Positions 55,842 through 64,000 of a DNA stretch of 64,000 nt are shown piece after piece. The notes under the pieces are model-generated. The model saw only the letters and a program-made list of their open reading frames with translations, did not search any database and was not told where the DNA came from. Position 1 is the stretch's first letter; each line of letters opens with the position of its first letter. Where the stretch lies: positions 1,621 through 65,620 of the IMG/VR virus record IMGVR_UViG_2740891816_000001, one strand, 5' to 3'. The position numbers and the translations under genes were made by a program. The stretch is from a virus (taxonomy: Duplodnaviria; Caudoviricetes).

Positions 55842-56492
55842 ATGTTGAACGATTACGGTAAAAGTCTTTTCAAGCCTTTGTGCTCAGTCCAAAACGTTGT
55901 TTTAGCGGCAGCGGTGATTTTTATTTTGTCTCTTCTCAACCTCAGCAGCAGCGAGCTTGCAAGCTGGGCTCAAGCACTAGGTTCGATTGCAGCGATTTGG
56001 GGGGCATTCCAAATCAGTAATCGGCAGGTCGAACGCCAGCAGTCGGAGCGAGCAGAGGAGCGTAATAGGCAAGCATCTGCTTTTTTTGCTGTAGCGAAAA
56101 ATGCTGTGGATGCTGCAAACAATTTCGTGAGTTTTACGCAGCACAGTCACTCTTTTATGATTGTCAGAATGAACTGGAACTTGATGTACTCGCACTCGAT
56201 AGAGTCATCATTTGATTCATTGAAATTGCTACCGGCGCACGAGCTTGGTACTTACGATCTTGTGATTGCTCACAGTGGGTTGGTGGCAAGTGTCGCTAGC
56301 ATTCTAGTTCAGACGCGCAATAGCCTTGGCACTACGGCTTTACCTGAGCAGGAGTACATCTTTTTGCTGCAAGAGCTTTCAATGCGACTCAGTAATTTGA
56401 ATTTCTATTGGGTAAATTTTACGGATGCCTTTGCTGCAGCCTACCCCGAACCGATAATGTCAAATGCCTCGCCGGCTGGCACGGTTCGTTGA
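55842..56492 (+). CDS. Moron with two N-terminal TM helices, unknown function
   Basis: ASWAQALGSIAAIWGAF; AT-rich; flanked by CCTCGCCGG repeats. Confidence 0.72.
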   Translation: MLNDYGKSLFKPLCSVQNVVLAAAVIFILSLLNLSSSELASWAQALGSIAAIWGAFQISNRQVERQQSERAEERNRQASAFFAVAKNAVDAANNFVSFTQHSHSFMIVRMNWNLMYSHSIESSFDSLKLLPAHELGTYDLVIAHSGLVASVASILVQTRNSLGTTALPEQEYIFLLQELSMRLSNLNFYWVNFTDAFAAAYPEPIMSNASPAGTVR

Positions 56493-56541
56493 TATAGGGT
56501 ATCAAAGGGGACCGGCATGGAGCCGGATCAAGGAGAAATTC

Positions 56542-56841
56542 GTGGGGAAGTTAAAGATAGATCGTTTGTCAATTGGAACAGGATCTAGAGCGGCGCTCTA
56601 TGACCGAAAACAAAGTCCGGAAGAGCTTTTTTTAGAAGATACTGACAAAATCGATGTGTACAGGGTCACGCTCCGCGAAGGCACATACAGTCATGCTGGC
56701 GATCCGGCCCTAGAGGGTGAGTTTGATGTCACTCTTTCAGTGGGTGGCAGCTTCCAAGGCCACGTGATAACCCAGATCCCGGGTCTCACCAAAGAGGGTG
56801 AGCCGGGGTCGATAACTCTGACTCTGCAGGCTGAGCGATAG
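56542..56841 (+). CDS. Hypothetical protein (99 aa)
   Basis: AAGGAG RBS + GTG. Confidence 0.55.
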   Translation: MGKLKIDRLSIGTGSRAALYDRKQSPEELFLEDTDKIDVYRVTLREGTYSHAGDPALEGEFDVTLSVGGSFQGHVITQIPGLTKEGEPGSITLTLQAER

Positions 56842-57160
56842 GAGGCACAATTTCTTCGCCTGGGTCCCGACTAATCTCAGTCATACTTCGATTGTGAAAC
56901 GTTCGCGCCACGTTTTCGCTAATCACGATTTCGTGGCGTGGATAACTCAAGAACTCGATCAGCTCGTCGTCAGCCATCAAGTCCATCTTCATGATAGCGA
57001 TCTGCAATACCTCGCTGATGACCGGCACCTTGCCGGGCATCCGAATACGCTCCATGGCCCGCTCGATACCCGGCCTGACTTTGTGCCGCAATTCCTTCTC
57101 CGCGACCGCCAAGCGCTTCTGCGCAGCCTTGACTGATCGCTCCTGTACTGATTTGGCCAT
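56786..57160 (-). CDS. Homolog of 4940-5251
   Basis: EKELRHKVRPG ... RHEIVISENVAR; near-identical upstream intergenic sequence. Confidence 0.75.
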   Translation of the reverse strand: MAKSVQERSVKAAQKRLAVAEKELRHKVRPGIERAMERIRMPGKVPVISEVLQIAIMKMDLMADDELIEFLSYPRHEIVISENVARTFHNRSMTEISRDPGEEIVPPIAQPAESELSTPAHPLW

Positions 57161-57241
57161 GGCCTACCTCTTCTATTTCGCTGGCCGGCAGTGCGAGCCA
57201 GGTTAGTCGGTGTCTCGCGCTGACCTGTTTGTGGATTCGTT

Positions 57242-57802
57242 TCACGCAGCGACCTTCTGCTGATTCCAGGCGCCGACCGCTTCGAAGAACCGCGCGGCGT
57301 GAGCCTCGTCCAGCGACATCGCTTTGGGAATCGCGATCCATCCCGAGGTCACCATCTGACTTTGGTTTGCAGAATCGCGCAGTTCCTTGTAGCAATGCTC
57401 GATCACGTCTTCCAGGTGGTCGGAGAGGTAGAGCCCATCGGGCGCAATCTCCACTGACTTGCTGTACCGGTCGCCGTGGGCGTCGATGCAGAGCGCGCGG
57501 AGGTAGATAGTCCATCGATGCGGGATGCCGCAGACGGCCTGACCGATCTTCCCCGGTGCGATGTTCTTCCGCGATTTGTAGTTGATCATGCCCTGGCGGC
57601 CGCTGGCTGACGCCGCGCCACGCGAATCAGCAGTACCTTCCGGCATTTGGCTCAACTCCCACTGCATGAAAGCTGTAAGCGCTTTTGCGGCGAAGTAGTC
57701 GCGCATGCTCATGCCCAGCACCGCGCCGTATTCATTGCTGTCGCTCGGGAACGCCGGGGTGCTGTTGTCTTTGCCCATGACTCTCTCCATTCGTTGGTTC
57801 AC
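57242..57802 (-). pseudogene. In-frame deletion fusion: GMSMRDYFAAKA-type phage gene N-terminus + C-terminus of the 5321-5791 homolog
   Basis: Junction near 57607; exonuclease/recT module missing. Confidence 0.75.
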
Positions 57803-57953
57803 CTGTATTCGTCAACACTCATGCCTCCCTCTGGTTGCCGATTGGCGCGGGGGCAGTGCATGCGGATATTTTCGGGAAGGGGTAAAGCTGAATGGCCTTA
57901 GGCCGATATGGTCAAAGCCATACTCATTTATTTGAAAGTTTAGGGGCTGTTGA

Positions 57954-58292
57954 ATGTTTTCAGTAAGAAACGCAACGCTTTGCCTTACCCTGGTCAGCAC
58001 CGGCTTTGCCAGTAGCTGTTTTGCGAGTCAGCCTGTTGATGCTCATCAAGTTGCAGTAACCCTCATTGCAGTGGAGCAGCTCTGCAATAAGGCAAACCCG
58101 GCCTTAAATGGCTCTTTCGAAAACGTGCTGGCCAGCGATCCTGACACGGACGAAGCAACCAAGGCCGAGGCTCGCAAAGTTAGCTCAGACCCCGCTTACA
58201 AAGGTGAGATTGAATTTATGGTGCAATCTCTCAAAAGCTCGGGTCTGGTGGTTTTGACGCAGGATCTTTGCAAAAGCTACGCAGCAAAATAG
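57954..58292 (+). CDS. Secreted hypothetical protein (signal peptide, two Cys)
   Basis: Signal peptide ending SCFA; occupies the slot held by DUF1993 in prophage 1. Confidence 0.65.
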   Translation: MFSVRNATLCLTLVSTGFASSCFASQPVDAHQVAVTLIAVEQLCNKANPALNGSFENVLASDPDTDEATKAEARKVSSDPAYKGEIEFMVQSLKSSGLVVLTQDLCKSYAAK

Positions 58293-58369
58293 TTCGGTTC
58301 ATCTTGGTGGATAGCTACTGACAGTTCGCTTTGGTGTTGCCGGGAGAGGTTATAGGCCGAGCTATATAC

Positions 58370-58623
58370 GCCGCGATTTCGTCCGCATCGGATGTCGCTT
58401 GAATCCCTCCGAGTGTTGCCCGTCTACGCCGCGACAAAATCCGCTAAGGCTGGGGGCAAGGTGACTACCCTGCTGTCATCACAGAGGGCTGAGCGATATC
58501 CGATACACCGCGCTGGTTGATCAGCCTTCCTGGTTCGCCTCGATCATCTTTTCGATGTCGGTGGCGACCGGCTTCCTCCAGTTCTTGATCCGGCCCGGCT
58601 TCAGGTCGATGTTCAGGATCAGG
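58370..58623 (+). repeat. 254 bp direct repeat, copy 1 (copy 2 at 63196-63449)
   Basis: Near-identical sequence including the 3' part of a phage gene (ILNIDLKPGRIKNWRKP). Confidence 0.9.
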
Positions 58624-58773
58624 GTATTGATCAAGAAGTGGGCATCAAAAGAAGCGCTTGATGCACATGATCTCGCTCCGCATATGCTTGAGGCAGCCAA
58701 GCACAACCCGACGTTCCGTGCGGGGCCGGCTACAGTGCTGTTTTTGGAGTCGGCGGTGCTTTCATCGCACTGA
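58624..58773 (+). pseudogene. C-terminal fragment of an ABM/quinol monooxygenase-like gene
   Basis: KWASKEALDAHD.APHM; starts abruptly at the repeat edge. Confidence 0.5.
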
Positions 58774-58879
58774 AGAAGGGCTGAGCTCACAACAGAAGAG
58801 CCCAGCCCCACGCAGGGCTCTTTGCATCTGGCTTTCCCAGTGCTATTTTTTCCGAATTAACCCCCACACGGAGAGTGCA

Positions 58880-59194
58880 ATGACCCGATACTTCAAAAGT
58901 CTAGACAATGGCAAGGTTGAAGAAGTCGATGCGTTTCAGGTTCTGGCAATATTGTTCCTAGGCCCACTCTATCTTTGCTTCGCCGGCCTTTGGCGCCATT
59001 TATTGATCTGGGGTATTGCTATAGGGTTGGGGCTGTTTGCAGGCCCGCCATGGGCAGCTATACCTATTGCTGGACTGCCAATCATCTACTGTTTTTTGAT
59101 ACGTAAAATTGTGGCAGATGAGTATTTGAAGAAGGGCTGGGTAGAGGTGGCTGATCCAAAGCTTGCACTCGATAAAGAAGTTCCAGACGCTTAG
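58880..59194 (+). CDS. Small membrane protein (2-3 TM)
   Basis: GGAG RBS; LFLGPLYL...W; Y.KKGW end. Confidence 0.7.
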   Translation: MTRYFKSLDNGKVEEVDAFQVLAILFLGPLYLCFAGLWRHLLIWGIAIGLGLFAGPPWAAIPIAGLPIIYCFLIRKIVADEYLKKGWVEVADPKLALDKEVPDA

Positions 59195-59292
59195 TCTCTT
59201 GCAGATTAGTTGCTTTGAGCCCAGCCTCGCGCTGGGCTTTTTGCTTTCTGCGGCCAGGTGCTACAGTCCCGCCAAACCAAAGAGGGAACGAC

Positions 59293-59633
59293 ATGCGAAG
59301 TGTTGTAGCGGGACTGGCGGTTATTCTGCTGGCTGGGTGTTCGTGATCGGTGCGCTTCTGATCGTGACCGGTGTACTGGTACTAACGTTAATCGAGAGCA
59401 AAAAAGCGAGAGCAGAGGTCGCAGCGACCCTCGGTTCGAGCGTGGTTCGTCAGAACGCCCTAAGCCAGGAGCTCCGCGCCGAAATTGAGGAAATCAATAA
59501 ACAGAATCTGCTCGAAATGGCTGCGGTATCCAAGGATCATCATTACGAGATGGAGAATCTAAGGATCATTCTTTCCATCGCTGAGCAGGATCTCGACGCG
59601 GCTCTGAAGGTCGCTTCTAAGGCTACACAGTAA
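59293..59633 (+). pseudogene. Truncated lipoprotein leader (MRSVVAGLAVILLAGCS-stop, 59293-59346) joined to the tail of a TM-coiled-coil gene
   Basis: Read manually; frame change right after the lipobox. Confidence 0.55.
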
Positions 59634-59720
59634 GACATACAAATGCAGAGCCAGATCGACCATACCAATGCGTTGATGGCTTCTTGTGCCTGACCACCCC
59701 TCTTTTTTTAGCGCTATCGT

Positions 59721-61124
59721 TTAGCGAACGCTCAAAATATGAACTTCATCACCAGAGAGCGAATTGCTCTGCGTACCCCATGCGAAAAAATAGCCGTAGT
59801 CAGCCAAATAATAAAATTTTCTAACGATTGCGTGCTTGTCGCCTTGAGTCGTGCAGCCCATTTCCTTGGCTTTTCCAGTCAGTCCAGCACTGAGCTCATC
59901 GGCGTCAAGTTCGCGCTTTACAGTGCAGTCGACCGCGTAGCCTTTCCCGTCGCCCCAACGTTGCTCAGCGCCGTGCTGGCGCCCCTGAGCGGAGTAACTC
60001 AGGAGAGAGCCTATGGGCATGCGCTGCCAATCCCCGGAAAAACTCAAGCTTTTGAGTTCATAGGTGCCCACTTTCTGGTCAAACGTAGTGATGGTACTGG
60101 CGAGCACAATCAACCCCCGCCAAGTAACTCTACGTATCTCGTACGCCTCACTGCGTACATCGACAACTACTTGCCCGCTCGCTGAGTCCGTGGTGAGGAA
60201 ATTCTCTTCGTACACCAACGAAGCACCACCCTTGCGGGTGGGTGTCCGGCTCGTCGCAACATAGCTGAGTTTTTTGGCTGCCGGTTGCAGATTGAGGGCG
60301 TTGATTGCAGAAAGCATTGGCGTACCAACACTATATGGGCTTGGCACAGCACGCACTTTGTAGCGCGGTTTATACGTGGGCAGTTGCTTCAGTTGTTCAG
60401 CGCCGGCGCACAGCGTCTTGAACAACAGCTTGTAATCATCGCGGGCTTGCGCAACAGTCTTGACGACTGGATTCTGCGGGGTCTCACCGTCTATCACACT
60501 GTTAAATATATCAACGTCATAACTGGCCAGCCGACGAAACTTCTGCTCGGTGCAATCGACAGCATAGTGTTCACGCTTTTGGGCAGACGGCGTGCCTTGC
60601 GAGGCATCCGTCACTATTTTTTTATTGTCATACGCCCCCCAGAACAGCGTTTCCGAGCCTTGCTGTTTGATGCTATGCCTATCAAGCATCACCCATTGGT
60701 CATCCTCTTTTACGCTGACGACTCTCCAGTCGGGCTGCGGTGTCTCAGAACAGGCGTGAATGAAACTCGGGTTACTGGTGAGCCCTGAATAAAGGGATGA
60801 CGTCAGGGAGCGTGCGCCCACGTACACCCCGTTTTGCCGATTGATGTAAACCCGCGCAAAGGGAGAATCAATGTAAGCGGCACGCAGTTGTGCCACGCTG
60901 CAAGACGCCTCCAATTGCACAACGGTGCGTTCCGGTTTTGCATCTGTTTTCGGAGCGACGAGCTGGAAATTCAATCTGTCTCCGTCACGGAATACCGTAT
61001 CAGCTACCACAGGTTGACCCAGAAAAACGCCATATGCCTTTACCGCACTTTTGCTCAGCGACACTGGCTGACTAACACACCCCCCGACGGCTGCCATGGA
61101 AAGCAGTAACGCAATTCGTTGCAC
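59721..61124 (-). CDS. Lipoprotein with surface-adhesin-E-like domain(s)
   Basis: Lipobox VGGC; W..LDRHSI...LFW...YAVDC pattern. Confidence 0.65.
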   Translation of the reverse strand: MQRIALLLSMAAVGGCVSQPVSLSKSAVKAYGVFLGQPVVADTVFRDGDRLNFQLVAPKTDAKPERTVVQLEASCSVAQLRAAYIDSPFARVYINRQNGVYVGARSLTSSLYSGLTSNPSFIHACSETPQPDWRVVSVKEDDQWVMLDRHSIKQQGSETLFWGAYDNKKIVTDASQGTPSAQKREHYAVDCTEQKFRRLASYDVDIFNSVIDGETPQNPVVKTVAQARDDYKLLFKTLCAGAEQLKQLPTYKPRYKVRAVPSPYSVGTPMLSAINALNLQPAAKKLSYVATSRTPTRKGGASLVYEENFLTTDSASGQVVVDVRSEAYEIRRVTWRGLIVLASTITTFDQKVGTYELKSLSFSGDWQRMPIGSLLSYSAQGRQHGAEQRWGDGKGYAVDCTVKRELDADELSAGLTGKAKEMGCTTQGDKHAIVRKFYYLADYGYFFAWGTQSNSLSGDEVHILSVR

Positions 61125-61209
61125 AGGTATTCCTTAGAGAAGTTCTGGAGTAAGCGCCGTTTTTCAAGAGTCATCTCGGTGCGCGCCGTATTTTGCGCGT
61201 CGTGACCGG

Positions 61210-61773
61210 TCATTTCGCTACCGGTAAAACCAACTCCTTCTGCCCTTCCACCGTCACGTCATAAACCTTCTCGCTACACACCGAGAACCCCTGCAAATCA
61301 AACTCCACCAGATAGGTCTTGTTCGCTTTCGGCAGAAAGCTGCGCGACAACGGCCCGCACTTTTCCAGGCTGTACGAGGTCCCGCGATCATTGCGCCAGT
61401 TCGCAACGCCTTCCACCACCGTCAACTGATTCGCCGGCACCAACGTCTCCCGGAACGGCCGGGCACGATAGAGCCCATGGGCCAGGCCCTTGTATAACCC
61501 TCGGACAAACGCCGGCGCCTGTTGCTCCAGGGAATCGTTGTAAACAACCCCCACGCTGCTCAAATTCCCCTCGGGCCCAGCGCTGAAGCTCACCTGCGAT
61601 TCGGTGCTGAGCATTCTGAAAATAACCTTCGCATGGTGGTCGTCTGCCGTCAGTACGACCGGCTTGGGTTTGGCCGGCGGCAGGCCTTTATGAGAAGAAC
61701 AACCCGCACCAAAAACAGCCACCAGGCACAACGGAAAGACCCAAGCAAAGGAACGACCCATAGATAAATTCAA
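61210..61773 (-). CDS. Lipoprotein, unknown function
   Basis: Lipobox GAGC; F.P.ANKTYLVEF, two Cys. Confidence 0.7.
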   Translation of the reverse strand: MNLSMGRSFAWVFPLCLVAVFGAGCSSHKGLPPAKPKPVVLTADDHHAKVIFRMLSTESQVSFSAGPEGNLSSVGVVYNDSLEQQAPAFVRGLYKGLAHGLYRARPFRETLVPANQLTVVEGVANWRNDRGTSYSLEKCGPLSRSFLPKANKTYLVEFDLQGFSVCSEKVYDVTVEGQKELVLPVAK

Positions 61774-61828
61774 ACCCTGTTAAATGCCATGATGGTTAAG
61801 TGCGAGATAGCTTAATGCCATCACTTGA

Positions 61829-62269
<441 letters not shown>

Positions 62270-62313
62270 TCGTCAGGCCGTAACAGTGCCCCATTTACTG
62301 GGGCGCTGTTGCG

Positions 62314-62589
62314 TCAAACCCCTTGCCGCACAAAACACTGCTCCACCACCGACTTGCACCACTGCTGTCCTTCCTGCTCCGACTCCAGCACAAAGCCCAC
62401 GTTTTGATACAGCTTATGGGCGGCGACCACTGGTTCAGATATGACGATAAAGGTACCAGTAGTACTCGGTTCGCACATACGGCCCGCGAGGCTCTGCCTT
62501 ACCTGAGCGGTGAAGCATTGGCCCACTGGGCCAAAGGGCCTCTCCCGGACACCAAAAGCTCGTAAACGCTTCACCGCTACCGTCAACAA
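62314..62589 (-). pseudogene. Degenerate GNAT acetyltransferase C-terminus
   Basis: AAHKLYQNVGFVLESEQEGQQW motif; upstream part decayed. Confidence 0.5.
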
Positions 62590-62699
62590 GGGCGTCTTGC
62601 TCGCGCCATGGCCTAAGATGATTTCGTCAAGATGTGTCTACTGTACGGTTACTTTTAACGCACGGCTTAGCGGTGTTGGTGGATTTTAGTGCTCACCCT

Positions 62700-62845
62700 C
62701 TCCACGGAATTGCTGTAGCGGTCGCCCCGGGCGTCGATGCACATGGCGCTCAGGTAGATCGGCCTGGCCAATTTTCCCCGGCGCGACGCTCTTCAGCGAC
62801 GTGTAATTGATCATGCCCTGGCGGCCGCTCGGGCCGATGTTTATT
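62700..62845 (-). pseudogene. Third fragment of the 5321-5791 gene family
   Basis: GPSGRQGMINY, PGKIGQA, IYLSAMCIDARGDRYS segments with internal deletion. Confidence 0.7.
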
Positions 62846-62919
62846 CGCGGGCACGGCTGAATCATTGGGCTGATTTGCAGTCAAAAAATTAACCCTCTCA
62901 AGCAATTAGGACGTTCAAG

Positions 62920-63159
62920 ATGAAGCGCGCAGCAATAACCCTTTTGGCCATTTCTGGTCTTATTCTGCTTGGTGGTTGCGTGCCTATCTGGGACGACGGA
63001 GGACGGTATGGGCATGATCGTTACAGAGGGGATGATCATGGGCGCAGATACGACCAGGGCTACGATGACCAAGGTCGGGGCCGTGGGTATGATCGCCGAT
63101 ACGATGATCGCGGGTATGATCGTTATCACGGTCGAGATCGTGATGATCGGGATGACTGA
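62920..63159 (+). CDS. Small lipoprotein with low-complexity D/R/G/Y repeats
   Basis: Lipobox LGGC; RYDD/GYD repeats. Confidence 0.75.
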   Translation: MKRAAITLLAISGLILLGGCVPIWDDGGRYGHDRYRGDDHGRRYDQGYDDQGRGRGYDRRYDDRGYDRYHGRDRDDRDD

Positions 63160-63195
63160 TTCCTTGAGTATCAGTGGCGGCCTATAGCGTTATAG

Positions 63196-63449
63196 GCCGC
63201 GAATTCGTCCGCATCGGATGTCGCTTGAATCCCTTCGAGTGTTGCCCGTCTACGCCGCGACAAAATCCGCTAAGGCCAGGGGCAAGGCAACCACCCTGCT
63301 GTCATCACAGAGGGCTGAGCGATATCCGATACACCGCGCTGGTTGATCAGTTTTCCTGGTTCGCCTCGATCATCTTTTCGATGTCGGTGGCGACCGGCTT
63401 CCTCCAGTTCTTGATCCGGCCTGGCTTCAGGTCGATGTTCAGGATCAGG
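63196..63449 (+). repeat. 254 bp direct repeat, copy 2
   Basis: Matches 58370-58623; continues into a frameshifted phage gene remnant to ~63598. Confidence 0.9.
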
Positions 63450-63709
63450 TAGTCACCGTAATGCTGGGCGGGGAAGAGGTCCGGCACGTAGCCTTCATCG
63501 CACCCACGAACCTCGGCCACCTCGCAATAAGTCGCAGATAGCGAAACGCCCGCTCAGGGGTGGGATACGCATTCAGGTCGGGGAGGGCATCAATCGTCAT
63601 GCTTGCGGCTCCAGGGGAGGGAGAAGCCAGAAGCGCAGCACAAGCAAGGGCGCGCGATCAGCCTTCGAGTCCCGCAATCCTCGCGTGACCCGAAGGGTGT
63701 TAAGCGCGC

Positions 63710-63985
63710 TTAGATGCGGATGATCTGGGTGATGTGCGGCTTACCTTTGAGGGGGGCGTAGATTTCTACGATTGCTGCCCAGATTGCTGGCGAACCAGGC
63801 TGCTGTGCTTTGGCGTGATAGCGATAGTTTGTGCCGGCGACGACCTGGGTCGCAACCGTCTCAGGGGTGTATTGCACCCCCACAAAGCCTTCCAAGGCTT
63901 CTTTGAATACAGCGTGGTCCTTTGGAGTCAGTTCGTGGTAAGCAGTCCATCCGCCAACACCAACGTAGTTTTCTTGAGCTGACAT
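63710..63985 (-). CDS. Cystatin-like protein (91 aa)
   Basis: N-terminal GGW, QVVAGTNY (QxVxG), second-loop APL. Confidence 0.72.
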   Translation of the reverse strand: MSAQENYVGVGGWTAYHELTPKDHAVFKEALEGFVGVQYTPETVATQVVAGTNYRYHAKAQQPGSPAIWAAIVEIYAPLKGKPHITQIIRI

Positions 63986-64000
63986 ACTATAAATCTCCAT

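Noticed and set aside
62920-63159. Tandem repeat or toxin in the D/R/G/Y-rich lipoprotein
   Set aside because: Imperfect low-complexity repeats of a kind common in small Pseudomonas lipoproteins; nothing further supportable

Overview
The window is almost entirely mobile DNA from a Pseudomonas genome (inferred from gene families and GC-rich codon usage). Bases 1-52445 are a near-complete lambdoid siphovirus prophage; its integrase and left att lie left of the window. Gene order is: early-left accessory and recombination genes (PAPS-reductase-like, C5 methyltransferase with a nonsense codon, exonuclease, RecT), a cI/cro switch with ATAAG-N4-CTTAT operators, replication with 5 iterons, nin genes, Q-like, holin, packaging, head, lambda-type tail, endolysin/Rz/Rz1. 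The prophage ends at a duplicated 3' half of tRNA-Ser(UGA) (52385-52445). Beyond it lie decayed remnants of at least one, probably two, related prophages at the same tRNA, mixed with host-gene fragments (fabI, GNAT, ABM), lipoprotein genes and a cystatin-like gene. The best leads for undescribed biology are: (1) a Com zinc-finger plus 7-bladed beta-propeller cassette between Q and holin; (2) a cI-cotranscribed DUF6978-like/DUF1828-like pair in the rexAB slot; (3) an ORF-poor pL leader with two covarying stem-bulge-CAGUA hairpins; (4) a pair of mini beta-helix proteins, one soluble and one membrane-anchored. All family assignments come from motif recognition by eye; no database searches were run.
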